Made by a program: the position numbers and the translations under genes. A model generated the notes under the pieces. That model had not been told where the DNA came from, made no database searches, and saw only the letters and a list, made by a program, of their open reading frames with translations. 64,000 bases of DNA, from the NCBI GenBank assembly GCA_040954595.2, contig CM082589.2, forward strand, positions 6,693,186 through 6,757,185, read 5' to 3'. Origin of the DNA: Balanoglossus misakiensis. Its lineage: Eukaryota; Animalia; Hemichordata. How positions within the stretch are numbered: position 1 is the first letter of the stretch; every line of letters begins with the position of its first letter. This document shows, piece by piece, positions 36,841 to 50,992 of this stretch.

Positions 36841-39800
36841 TGAAAAAACCCCCGCAAAATAGAATTCATATTTTGTACAACTTGTTTACTTTGGCAGATT
36901 TACCTGTGTTTTCCTGCTGGGTGGATGAGTGGTTGTATTGGTATATGCAGTCATCAATGTCCTAACCATCCTTACCATCATTGCCTGGCCATCTAAGATA
37001 ATAGTTGCCTGCTGTTTCATCCATGTTGGGTCCTGGATTCGTTCCCCACGAATAGGAGCTTTTGTCTCTGGTGTCCAAGGCTTACTCAATCAGCTGTGAT
37101 GTAAATGGGAGTTTGTCTCCTTGGTTCTCATTGGTTCGCCTGCTTCTTCACCAACTGGCATACTAGTTGCGTCAGGGGAACACCTTTCTCAATGTCAGTT
37201 TTTACAACAGGATAATTTATCTTTTGCTTGCATTATCCACTGGACTAAAGCTTGTCTGCCTTCTCAGGTGTAGTACAGGTGGCTGTTCTGTTGGGCTTTC
37301 TCAAATGAAAGCCTTTTCTGTGCCTTCTGTTCCTTTCCCCTTCCACACAGGAAGTGGTCACATCTGTGTCATTGCAGTTGCTGCCAAGTGTCATTACATC
37401 TGGTTGTCACTCCAGGACACTTCAGCTGGTGGTTTTGTGCACGGACTTGCTTGCTTCTTTTTTGGTGTATTAGGTCGGGCTTTGTGAATCCTGATTCTCT
37501 GCTCACCATCAGAAAAAAAAACTTCCACAGCACCAGACATGGCTTCTGAAGTGGAGCTGGGCATATGACCCCTCAACTCCCTGTATGACCCCTCAACTCC
37601 CTGGTCTTTATCCACACACGCATGCACACTGCAGGGCTGGAAACACCTTTGCATTCCCAGGGTTTTCTTCCTCATTACAGATTCAAGCTCAATTTCTAAA
37701 TTAGCTGACACTGGGCCTACACTTGGCCGACAATGTTAGCCAGATCCCACTGTTGTTAGTGTGGCCTGGTGCTTTACAACATCTGCAGAGTTGCAGTGTG
37801 TCATGTAAGATTGTCAACCTCTCAATGGGCATTGAGCAATGCAGATGGGAGAGATTGAAACCACCCAGATGTTAGCAAACTTATCTGGAGATTGGACCAG
37901 ATCTAACCCATAGTTTCAATCTGTACGCTGTGATTGGATGCATATGTATAGAAATATGCAGTCACCGGGTCCAAGGGCAGCCTGACCAATAGCAGCCAAC
38001 TTCCCCACCAATCACATCAACTGATCAGCCATTGCTAATTTACACTTATTGTGTTATATGCAAATCCATCATAGTCATTAGCATTACAATGGCAAGTTAC
38101 TTATCACACAATATTCCATGCAAATCCAAACAAGATTGGGATAAAAGGGTTTTTCATGACCTGATCTTGTGAAAATGTGTTTCCAGAATCTGCATATCAT
38201 TGTAAGAGTTGAATCACTGCTAAGTGTTATTTCACTGTTGGGGCAACCAGAAAGTGTTGAAAATGCTGTTTTCAGGTCTATACTTGAATTCAATTTCAAC
38301 AATAACAACAGTTACATGTACATACACATGCTGTCTTGTTGAGCTAAATACTCATCATGTTTCTGTAGTATACACAAAGAAAACAAAAATACTGAAAAAA
38401 AAAAGATTCAAAAGTTTAAGCTGTTGCAGCTTTATGCAAATGCAGACTACACATTGTAGCTGACCTGATATTTCCCAGCATGCTTTGGTGTTGTCCCAGA
38501 AAGTGTGGTTGATACACAAATCAAGTTCTTCCAGGGTCTATGTTAAAATATACAGCAACTGGTCCCATGTTTGTGAACTACAATATTGCACCCCCCCCCC
38601 AAAAAAAAGAAATAATTATGTAGATTTTAGCAGTGTGTTTCTAATTTAGGGAAAGACATAGGGTATGAGATTTATACGAGCCCCATGTGTGCAATCCCCC
38701 AAGGTGACCTTTGACACAAACAGGCTTGTTGAATGAGCAACGCCAGGAAGGCTGCAGTGATGTGTCCCAGCGAACATCAAATTAAGTACCACTCTGGTTT
38801 TGGAGTGGGCCAAGCACCATCAGAAAGATATAATGATCGGCATCCCCCCCTCCATTCCTTGTATAAAGGTCCTGCTATTGCAAAGAGTGGAGTTGGACCA
38901 AACCATAGTTGGTGAAAGGGTTAACCCACCTTTTCATGTAACCCCTCACTGGTATTTTGCTATCTGAAGCAATGAGTCTCAAAGATGGTGTTCTGTTCGA
39001 AAAGAATAAACGTGTGGAGATGTCAGGCTGTTTCGCCCCCCCCCCCCTCACCCAATTGATTGATTAGCCGTGATTACAGTCGGAGGTGGGGTGGGGGGGG
39101 GTGTCCTTTTCCCCCTCCACCCCATCCATGTGCTTCTCCCATCCCAGGGCGTGTTCACATGTAACATGCAGTCATTGTATTAACATCTGCTGTGGTTTCG
39201 CGAAGTGCTGGGTAGGGGGGGGGGGGGGTGATTTGCGAGCAGAGACTGGGGTCAGGTCTGTTTTTGTCATAAAACAGCAGTGAAGTCAAACGGGGAGCAA
39301 ATCTCCGGTGGTTAAACTGTTTATGAATCAGCGCCAATGTTTGTAGGTCACCGGGGAAAAAGACAGTGGCTGAAGTGATGTCAAATGAAAGCAAAAATAA
39401 ACAGACAACTTATTTAGAGAAGTGGGGGTTCACGTTAGTTAGACACTGATTTCTAATATAAGTGCACCAAACTAACTCCCTGCATGCGAATTTGTAGCTT
39501 TGGATATGCCTAGTTGTAACGTATGCAGTGTTTCATCTAGGGAGGAGGGGGGGGGGGGGTGGGGGGTTCAACCCCTGTTGGCATTGTGGCACCCTCACGC
39601 AATTTGTCAAGGGATGACCCCCCACCACCACCACAAAGACTGTAATGGTGAGAACTGTATTCAGCTGAAATTAAAAAGAAATTTCTTGACATATAAAGAT
39701 AATTTCATTAAGTATAAATAAACCAGAATGTTTTTGGAAAAAAACAAATACAATTTTCAAAGGAAGACAAGGGACATATGCTGAATATAGCTAAATTAAA

Positions 39801-42800
39801 AAAGAAAAAGAAATAAGAAGTTATTGTTTGAGCATTTATATAAATATTGACATTAAACCTAAAAATAACTGCAGATCTTGAAATATTTAAAACGTCTCGA
39901 ACTCAAAAATAAATTACTTTATGCTGGCCATTAGAATGTTACTCTGTAAATTATGCAAAGTTTAATATCTTAGTATATCATGGTATCTTTGTTTCTGTGC
40001 GAAAGCTGAATTTCTGAGGAGTGATGGCCTGAGCAAGGCAACCTGTGCCTTTTTTCAGAAGACTGGTGTAGTTGTGAGTATGTTTTCGACAGAATTGCAC
40101 TCTACAAGTTATGATTTTAGACACTAGGGTGAAAATACAGCACTGGAGCACAGTTTCAGTTGGTACAAGCAGAAATCTGTCAGTGTATGCATTTCATTGG
40201 TATCCTTGGAAGAAATATTCTGTTCAGTTTTTGCATTTCTCAGGAAATGTGAAATTTGCAGAATTTCAATAGGGCCACTCTCATGACCCATGAGTGACCT
40301 TGCATCCTGGTGGTTTGCTGGTATGACATCATACGTCACTTTTTCGTGACAGACAACATTCAGAATTTTTGTTTTTGCACTGCCACAAATTCTGTAGTTT
40401 GGTAGACTGTTCCAGAGTTTGAACTCAAAATGGTAACTAATACCAACAAAATGCCAGGATGTAAAGGTCACAAGGGGTCATGAAAGTAGCCTATTGGTTG
40501 AATTCTGTCGCAGAGAGGGGCCTTGTAGTTAGTATTTACACATCAGTGAACAAATGATATTTTTGAAGACAAAAATTGACACCACAGTTTTGTCTATGAA
40601 GCTGTGTTGTGACAAACATTTTGACGATGAGATACAGCTGGTTAATTACTGCACGAGACTTGAATTTACCATGTTTGTCATAAATATTAATAAAACCATC
40701 AAAAGTATTTACATGACCTCTGTCGAAAACATTCTATGAATTTTCAAAAGTGTCTTGGATGTTTTGTTTTGGAAAGTCTGGATAGTATGTCCGATGAACA
40801 TTGACAATTTGTAACTGGACCGTTTTAGTTTCGATTGTAATTGAAATTAAATTTATTTCCAAAAATAGAAAATTGTATGAAAAAGATAAGCACCCATGTG
40901 CCTTACTGATCATTTGGTTGCTTGTGTGTCACATTTAATTAGTATGAAAATGTGCTTGTTTGATAGAACTGGAGCTATTCAAAACAACATATTTTCAATA
41001 ATTAACTACCGACCCCCTTTTCACTGAACAGAGCAGTTTTGCCACCTTTTGGTTTCAGTTCTTAATCCAGAACAAATTCTCGCATTTTTCTTGAAGTGAC
41101 ACATGTCAGTGAGAGACAACTACGCTAATCTTGGTGACACAACCTTCAACAGAAAACAGCGAACAGGTACAGCAGAGGTGCAAACGAAATGAATATGTAT
41201 TAAAATATACAAGTACTTTATAAAATAAGTAATCATCTGTATATAAACTTTGACCCAGCCACGGGTCGTGAGGAAAATTTACCATCGCTCTCAGCCTTTA
41301 CAGTGCTGGCCCGTCATCCCCTAAATTTCGACATTTTCAAGTATCCCAAGCGGTTTTTCAATATCAGCTGGACTGTACCATTTCTCCCAGTGGGGATGAA
41401 CGGATTACAGGATCATTTGTTGTGCTCTAGATATGGATTAATTATTGAGGGCATTTCCTTAAGGTATTGGGAAAACCTGTGAAAATTGATGTGGCCCAGT
41501 GTTAACTTACATCGTATACCTGAAGATTATGGTATCCGATGTCTTTGCAAGTACTGTAAAAGCAATATTATTTGAGCAGGCAGTAACGTCAATTCAGTGT
41601 TTTTTTGTTTTTGTTTTTTATCTTTTATTTGTCAATTTAGTGTTATAGCAGTGTTATGGGGTAAAATCTTTTTTTTCCCAAACTCTGGCCTTTTGGACTG
41701 AGACTTGTAAAATATTTCTGCTATGATTTAATCACAGGCTTTGTTTGCTATATCTTAATTTTCAAATACACAGTACGATCTCAAACAGCCTGTTTTGCCA
41801 TAACGATGACTCTGATTGGGTAATAGAAATCTAATTTATATTATCAACCAATCAGCTGACAGTTTATAGTCTTAATTGGTACCGTCTGCCATTTTTATTG
41901 TGGCGCCTTGCATTAGATTGGAATACGTCACTTTTCAAATTTAAGAGCATCAGCCAGTCAGATCCAAGTTGAAAGTCTCAGCCAATCAGAATACAGCTTC
42001 TGTGCTAGTGTGGACATGCGACTGACCAATCGCTGAGTAGCTATTTGATTGTGCCGATCATGGGAAATGTTAGGTCATAACAACACAGTGACGAACTTTG
42101 CTCATTGTTTACTCAACAGAAAGCCTCCGCAGACACAAATCAAAAATAGGCCATCAGTTGATTAAAAAGAATTGTCTTTGAATCCAAAGATTATCATTAC
42201 AGACATTAGTGATGTTACAACGTTTGACATACTGACACTGGGAACATTTGGTACCCAGAAGTTCTCATAACTCAATTTGTCATGTTTTGAACTTTTTAAA
42301 AGATCAGAATCAATCAAAGTCCCATATCTTTTAATTAGTGATTTTTTTCCCAAAGCAGAGAGATATCAATTTCTGCAAACTTTGTCCGAATTGGAAGTAG
42401 AATCTGATTAAAGAATAATAATGGAGCATTGTGAGGAAAGGTTACATGTGTGACAGTCTAAGGGTGAATGACATGGTTGCTTTGATTATAAAGTATCTTC
42501 TGTTCTATGTATGATTGTCAAGTTCCTTGTTCTACTCCTTATATCATGTTGAAGCACTCGGGGTATAAACCCGACCGTCTGAGCACATCCTGTGACTACT
42601 GTTGAGGAATAGAAGCAGACACTTTCACCGTAGACTGGCCCAGTTGTAGTATTTAGTCCCCACGGACAAGGGAGTCCATCTATCCAGCTATCCGTCTGTC
42701 CATCTGTCCCTCCCTAGATGTCCCTCTGTCCGTCCCTCCATCTGACCCTCCCCCTCCTTCCCTCCCTAATTAACTAATGATGCAGTAGCCATTTTTTCAA

Positions 42801-45800
42801 CAGCTTTCTTCATCGTGTAGTTATTTTTTTGAAGGAATCTTACAGTCCGTATGATTTTTGCTGTAGTGTACAATACTACACACAATTACTGCGATTGTCT
42901 TTCAGTTTGAAGTTTGAAAGTTGAACGGTTGTGAGCCAAATGCGCTTGGCCAGTAGGCCTTCACGGAGGTGTGAAAATCAATTAAGTGGCCCCGATTTCC
43001 CTGCAGTAACAGATGGGAATAAAATGAAAGAATAAAATGAAACCGAAGCAGATCCGAGAGTCAGAGCAGTTATGGTTGGAGGGAAAACTGAATACATCAG
43101 CGGTGGTGATGAAAAATGCAACAGTTTGAAACAGTTTTTAGTCCAGAAACGGGTTTTGATGCAACTGCACAGCGTTTTGCAGTCCTGTGATCAATACAAA
43201 CAGGGGAAGAAATCTTTAAAAATTTAAATAAGAGTTTAAGGGGCCAAATTTTCAGAGTTTAATAAAAAGAATGCATATCACTTAATAGCTTTTTACTATA
43301 TTTTCAGTATTTTTGACTGTAGTTTCTTGTTATAAAACCAACCAATATCAGTGGTGTTCTTTTGTTGACAAACATTTACACATGCGTAGATTGTTGTGTT
43401 GAAAACAAAAGAATAGAACCTAAACAATTATATAATTTTGAACATATACCAGATGTGTACATATATGTTGAAAAAAATGTAATATTGTAAAATATTGGTA
43501 TACATGTACATCGATTAAAAAGTAGCTGTTAGTGTTTTAGCAAGTACATGTAACGCAAAGGTAGGATTATGCATGCAGCAGGAATGCAAAAACTGAACTC
43601 GAAGTGACAGATACATTTCCCTGGACATGTAAGTAAATTTTTACAGCCCATTAATCATTCATCCAAGTACACAAGAGAGTCTTACTTTACATGATTGTGA
43701 ACATAATTAGGAATTTTGCAAACTGAAGAAAAATGTGTGATGGCCAATGGGATTTACTACAGGCTTCTCTACGGAAACAACATGGAATCTGTTTGTTTAT
43801 GTGTGATGAATTTCTTTAACTGGTTTGTGTGTTTCAGTTTGAAGACAGAAACTACTGCAACTAGTTACCATGGAAACCATGATTTTCAAAAACATATACA
43901 TGTACAAACAAAAATGGTAAATAGTGCAGAATTTCAGCGTGGTTCAATGAAATTACCAAAACATGAGATGACTGTAGTACTTGTACATGTGGTATTCTTT
44001 TTATCATGAGAATTATTGTGTTTAAAAAATGAATTTTTATCTGATTTTTTAACAAGAAGTGTGCAATTTCACATAGGTAGCAGATGGTCACCCACACTGT
44101 ATTTTCAGAGGTTCTCCATTGAAATGAAATTGACAGATACTCGTAAAAATTGGCCAAAAGTGCTTGAAGGAAATAACATTGTCAGTTGAAAAAAAGGAGA
44201 TTGTGAATGACTAATAATCGAAGTACAGAACTGCATCTTTTGCGACAAAGTCACGGCGCAAGTTGTATAGCGGCCCAAACTGAGCAGCGATCGACTCAAA
44301 CCTTTCGTGGCTGACGACCGCAAAGTGAACTCAGATATCGTGATATAAAAAGACTCCCCAACTCACCTACATGTTTCCCCACCATCACATAAAGTTCTGC
44401 TTCTGCGACCATGTTGTTTTAAGTCCTACCCTCACTATTTGTGAGACTGTTGCTTGTAAATACTTTGGTGATGCTATTTCTGGTGTTGCTTTCAAATATT
44501 GTCACAACCTTAAATAGAATTATTCTACCACATGTAGGTGAGTGGTAAAAAAACGTGGTTGCCCAGAATTTTAAGATGGTAGCTTTCTATCGTAGGTGCA
44601 TGAAGCTAAATAAAATGGGTCCTATACTGAACGTTTTTGTGTTAGTTTTTATTTGAAAGACAACATGGTGACTTTTCCTTCAAAATTTTCAAAATATTAT
44701 GATTGTACTGTCAGTGGTAAACTTTATACCCAGAATGCAATGCCACATATGCATATGAAATAAAAGCAATTACTGGTGGCAAAAAAATGATAAAAGTTTC
44801 TGTTACATACACATAGTTGGCCCAAAAATTCTGTCATCAAAAGATTTGCAATCTTTACTCAACACAAAAAACAGCTGTAATATTTCAAGCAATAATTTGG
44901 TATGTTTTAAAAGGCAGTTCATCATGGGTAACTTCAGATCAAACACAAAGTTTTAACGAAAATAATTCCAAATGTTATTGACTTTGTCACTCTTGCTACA
45001 TCACATCTTCAAAAACGCTGAAAAAGTTCCAGTGAACATGCTGAGAATGCCAGTCAGTTCAAATGAATGCAAAATGTTTGTGCATGTGTTGAGAGGTGGT
45101 AGGGCTCATCTTAATGGTGGTATGTGTGTACATGTGTCTTAGCAGGGCTTTTCGTGCTCATAGTAAATCTTCATTCAGAGGAAAATATACGAGGTGCTCT
45201 CAGTGGTGCTGTAGAACAAGGGCAGCTTGCGTTTGTCACGGTAACCAAAACTTTGCCGAAAAAAAGCGAAGGACTTTTTATAGACCCTCCTGTGATACTT
45301 AAAAAAAAGCAATAAATTAAAATAAGAGGAGATTAAAAACAGCTCAAGTCAAGTGAATGATCATCCATGCTGAAGTACTTTGATGATAAATTTATGTCAA
45401 AGAATGGCCACTTTAATGACCCGGCCATGTTTGTGTTTTGCTAGCTCCAAACTCCAAGAACCGTCAAACAGAGTGGTCCTCATCAACTCGTGACTGTAAA
45501 AGGGGCAGTGGGGTGTGTTTTCATGCTGTTTTGATCCATCCGGCATTGCCAGTTTTAGGCAATTATAGTTTGCTTTCAAAGTTTAAAGGGTTGGTGTCGT
45601 CCCATATGGTCCCATATGCCACAGTTGCTAGCAATCCACAGAAGGCGCAAAGAGCAACCTTTACAATGTATAATTTTATCTTTGCTGACAATGTGGTTGT
45701 TAATGTATATTACACTACACTATGGCATGAGTGTATGATATGAGAGTAAAAATGCGCCCAAAATGAATAAATGGTAGAGACCGATTATTCATTTTGGCGA

Positions 45801-47649
45801 GTTTTTCACTCTCGTGTCTACAAGTGGGATGGAAGTTGTGTGTGGTTGAACGTTGATTCACTATATATCCACATGTGTCTTGTATCAAACATGATTAATG
45901 GGCAGCGAGAGAGAGACTTTGTCCCTTTAATTTACTCAGCGAATCAACCACTATATGTATTTATCGCATTCATCCACTGACATCAAATCAGTGTTGTAAA
46001 AAAATTCCACTTACATGTCGACACATCTCCCGTTGACCCTTGTTCTCGCTGATATGCCGTGATGCGCTGACTCGCAATTAATATTGAAACTATTTTCGAA
46101 GGCAACTAAATGGACTCTGTTGAGAGATTCCGTTAGAAGCAGATATCGTGTACAGGGAGAAAAGGATGTCGTTGTTCGACATCACTGATAGTTACAACGC
46201 AGATCAAGTGGTTTTTACTTTTTTAAAAAAAATTCTGTATTTAAAATCATAATAAAAACAAGACAAGTAGACCAAGTGTTCTTTTCTGATTAGTTAACAA
46301 AGGGCAAACAATAAGTTGGCCCAACGTTAGCCAAATTTCCTGTGTTGTTTGTGCAGCCTGGCTAATGTATCTTAGCCTGTGTTACATATGTGAGCTTCGC
46401 TGATCAGCTTTATTCTAGATCTATCGTCACACTTCATGGAGCCCTTAGAAGAAACCATACTCGATATGTAAAACAAAAGATTCTGTAGAGAATATGGGTA
46501 ATGGGACTTTAATGACAGGGACCTGACAGAAGAATTGTGACCCCACGCGTCCCTTGAAAAGATTCACTGCCATTCACCTCCACAGATACATGTGCAAAAA
46601 TCATTCTCTGACCTATTCCCCCCACAGCCCCTCAATCACAAAGTGCACCCCCCTCTGTCATGGTCAATGACAGTGACCGTGATTCATGTCAGCTGTTAAT
46701 TACTCCCAAGTTCATATCAATCATTTCAAGGTCACTCTCCTCTCATGACATTTAGCTGACATCGTCGTAAATTATCTTAATATTTACCAGTAATGATGTA
46801 TTTATAGAAATGTGGTTTTGTTTAGCATGGGTGTAGCAGTTATTGGCCAAAATAACATCTATCCTGTTGAAGACAAAGTCCGAGCAAGACTGTCTTCCCC
46901 ACGAGTTTTTGCTAAAATTGTGGTTGATTTGACTTATAATGCAAGTCATTGTTATGTTAATGAGTTTTCTGTTGTTTTCCAAAAAAGTTTCAAAGATTGT
47001 AAGAAGTAAATAAACAGGTGTTGCACTCATTTATTCTGCCTCCCATTGCAAGATTACAGATCACAACAATCGCAAATGTCTTCCAAGTGCTGTGGCAACT
47101 AAAAATGGAAACAGTCTATGTCAACTTTTGTGAAAACAAGACAATTAATACCAATGTTTTCCATCAAATAATTTCATTTGGGCTTTGAATGTACATGATA
47201 GAAAGAATCACAAAGGTTGTGGCTGTAGTTTTTCTGTTTAAAGAAATCTGTCCCTTGTGTGAATAATGGCGATTAGAAGTTTCATTACTGCCAGTTGACT
47301 CATTCGCTGATGGAATGGCAGTTTTATTTTATTTGTCTGTCTGTGCGATTAACCCCTCCCCATTTTGATCAGACTTGATAAGCCGTTAGGTGATCGTAAA
47401 CAGTGACATCATTTCAGTTAATGTTCCGACACAGCGGTGCGTATATGAGTTCACCAACCGATGACCACATTTCATGACCTCAAAAGTTTTTACACGTTTC
47501 TTTTTGTCTGTCTCCGTAGGTTTTGTTTCTTGTGATGAGCGTCTGATCCATCTGGAACTAGATTGGTGCGGTTTTGGTCCCTTTTTTCGTTCTGTTTTGT
47601 TTTGCTTTTTATCCCGGGGGAAAACACCGCAAAGACGGGCGACGCGACG

Positions 47650-47709
47650 ATGGAGAACGAATCTGTGAGTCAGACGTCGTCGGAGCTTGAACTGGATATT
47701 GAGAGACCG
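47650..47709 (+). CDS. Putative first coding segment (MENESVSQTSSELELDIERP) of an unidentified large-intron gene; exon 47520-47709
   Basis: Pyrimidine tract plus TAG acceptor at 47519, upstream in-frame TGA at 47536, strong Kozak ACGATGG, 20 open codons, and a G|GTAAGT donor in phase 0. Confidence 0.6.
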
Positions 47710-50700
47710 GTAAGTTTGAAATTTGACCGTTTGACGTGGGAGGGAGAGAGAAATCTGTTTCTGTTTGTATGGTGATGCAAGCCAGTATGGTGGATATTCT
47801 TTAATATCAGTCACTAGATCTGGCCATGTGACCCACGGCATTGTCATTTCCAGGTGACGGGCAAACAATATTTCGGCACCCAGTAAAAGTTTTTCCAAGT
47901 AACGTGTATCAGGCATGGTGCCTCATGAGCATCATGGCATGGCGTTTTGTCTGCACAGTCATCGCCTGCACCATGTTGCTGAAGTTGCCCGTCAGCTGGA
48001 AATTTGAATGCCAACGTAACTGCGTCTGACATCATTTGATATCGAAGCATTGGAGATTTTGGGGGTAGGGAAACTTCTACCCGCTTTATGTACAGTTGTA
48101 GTGTGATAGGTTTAGTTGTTCAATCAATGTTTCTTTTAGAAGAAAGAGAAATCTGTTCAGCATTTTTTGTAGTGCAGTGATTTTGGATGCATCAGGGAAT
48201 AACTGCTGTTAACATGCCTTGCGAATACCGTCACTTTTTTTCCTACCCTTGCGTCTCTCTATATATCGCCGCGGCGACCGAGTGCTAATTACATGCAGTT
48301 TCTATGCCTTGGAGAAAAACAGGTGGGGTCAGTTATTTTGCAGACTGCCAATCTCTCATCACCATGACAACTGGTAAAACACCCCCCGGCCTATACACAA
48401 ACCCGGCGCTTGCATTAATGCGCATTTCTGCGAGAGACCAACTGGTTCCGTGAACCTGCAAGAGTTCAGTGGGGGTGCTGGAAAAAAATCTTGAAAAATA
48501 CACAAGTCGGAATATGCATGCAAACGCGTTTATAGTTTGGCCTCGGGCTATGAAACGTGACATGAGCTTTGACCCTAATATCTTAAACTCAGCGTGGGAC
48601 GAAATCTTTGAGGAATCTCGCCGATGCTCGCAAAGTCAAGATATTGGGGGTGATGACTGGTCTGCGTCAGGGTACACGTGACCATCTCACACTGACTGAA
48701 CTTGACCTGTAATAATTCTTATTGTTTTTATGTCAGGCGACTAAATTGATGGGGACTGTTGTAATTGAAAATCAGTGTGGAAGTGTAGCATTACATGAAA
48801 CCCCCCAGAATCAAACTTTTCTCTTTGCTTCAGAAATGATCACTATATTTTTTAGGAAATTTTGTTATCAGAATCTATCATGATGAATGTAAAGTTCGTA
48901 AGAGTTGTACAGTAAATATTGTTGAGAATTTTGCTTGAAATGTTTTTACTTGTGAATAAAGTTGTTTTGGAAAGGCCCCCTTATGGGTGAATCATTTATG
49001 AAGTTTAGTTTTAATAGAAATTGTAGATAATTTGTAAAATTTTCCTCTCAAAAATTTTGGGTGGGAGAAGAAAGATGGTTGTAAAGGTTGTCGTAGTTCA
49101 CAGACTGTATGGGTGTTTGGTGATTGTTGTTTCAGACTGAGAATGTTTAAAAGCAAGCCTGAACTGCTATTTAAAGGAACATAAAATTGACAGCTTGCAA
49201 ACATACTTTGCCTGACCTTTGACCTCCAATACAAATGAAAATAACATAAAGGAGGGGCCTGGGCGACCCATCTAGTGAGAAATTTTAATCTCGGTGACCT
49301 TTGACATGACTTGATCATTGCGCCGGCGAAGTTAATTGATGAAATGGCATTTTTGCAATGGGTGTTGGCATCGAAGCAAGTTTTCTCAAAATCTGTTGTT
49401 GAAAGATTGAAATCAACTTTTGTCTTGTGGTGCTTTCAAAGTCAAAGATCTTTTATTTTTCAGTTGTTTCCCACATTGCTAGCTTTCCAGTGCTAATATG
49501 GAATTATACAAATTTCTGTCATATTACAGTAAAACATCTGTTGCTTTAACTTAAAAAAAAATACTTCATAGTTTTTCAATTAAGGCTATGATCTGGGTTC
49601 TGGGCGAGAGTACCCATAATTTACATTATCTGTGGCTAGAAATTGTTTTTGTTCCCTCCTGTTAAACTTTCTTGAAAATAAAGCAACATTGTCCTTTTGG
49701 TCAATCTCATTAGGTAGCTACTTCTTTTTTCCCCTAGTTTTCCGCATTCTCTGGTTTTGTGCTTGTCGATCATCTACGACTATTTATGTACTGCCATCAT
49801 TACATTCTTCCATCGATTAATTTTCACTTCCACTGATATCTGTCCGCTGTCTATCTGTGGAGTTCTTAATGACAACGTTGTGAAGATGACACCTCCATCA
49901 AGTTGCTTCCCAATAATTACATGTGGCACATTCTCTCGTCAGAAACCTCTGCCGGCCGAGCTTGGTAATTGTTATATGCTGCTACTGCTCCAGAGTGATT
50001 TTGACAACTGTTGCAACTTCCATTGTCTTTGAAAACTCCCATAATTCACTTTGATCGAACATGTGATGCTGTAACTTTGTGATTTGGGGACCATGCCGAT
50101 AAAATGTTGGTTTCAAAAACGTGCGTCAAGGTTCACTTTTCCTTAGAATTAACTTTTCTGATCGTTTGATGAGATAAAATCTTGTAACTAAACAATCTCA
50201 GCGAAGTTTTTGAACGGAAATGTGAAGCTTTTTCATCAAATACCTAAAATGGTTTATTTCCACGCTTCCTTGTTCATCTCGAGTCAATCCTTGTCTATCA
50301 TGGATCAGGTTGACTTCCATAGCAACAGTGCCTGGCAGAAGTTGCATCCGTAATGTAGTCCAACAGGTTCATTGTCTCTGTGTGAAATATATAGGTTTAA
50401 AACAGTGGAGATTAATGTGCTATGTGGTGATTATACCACTAGTTTAATACCACTTGGAGGAAACGTTTCTCCCATAAAATGCCAGTGTAAAGCTGTTTTG
50501 TTGAGAAGCTGGGACCCGTAATATTTGAGGTGTATGCCAGAATATCTCATTCAGTCCAGTGCCTGTCATCACCCAAAGTCACCTTGTTTTGCAATTTTTA
50601 TTTAGGAGTTAAAACCGAAAAATATTTGGGTCACTTGGGGGCCATATTTATCCATTTAAGTTTGTTTGCCTTCAATATTTCATCAGACCCTGACCACCCC

Positions 50701-50873
50701 TCTCAGTGTTTGTGGTGTAATCCCATAGTGTTTTAATGGTCTTTCAGGACCTATTTCACAGGGTGAATGACGGTAGTGGATAGGGGTGGGGGGTTACAGA
50801 GCTTTTTAACTTGACTGGTTTGCTGCCTGAATTCAACATTTTCATGACCATTGTTGTTGTTATTGTCTTGACG

Positions 50874-50992
<119 letters not shown>

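Larger units (their letters stand above)
34630..37750 (-). pseudogene. Heavily degenerate MULE/Mutator-like transposase relic (boundaries approximate)
   Basis: The stop-ridden minus frame reads FLVQSLFWQKWLVMTGLSARLIYVDST*TGL (IYVDST at 36104-36121), resembling the first catalytic Asp region of MULE transposases. YCFWQ (about 35762-35776) sits near the CxxH position and VNSSHDSHRRSK (about 34825-34858) near the TNNxxESxH position. Confidence 0.4.

Noticed and set aside
47386-47916. 176-aa minus-strand ORF
   Set aside because: Antisense to the better-supported + strand exon; composition reflects the T-rich UTR.
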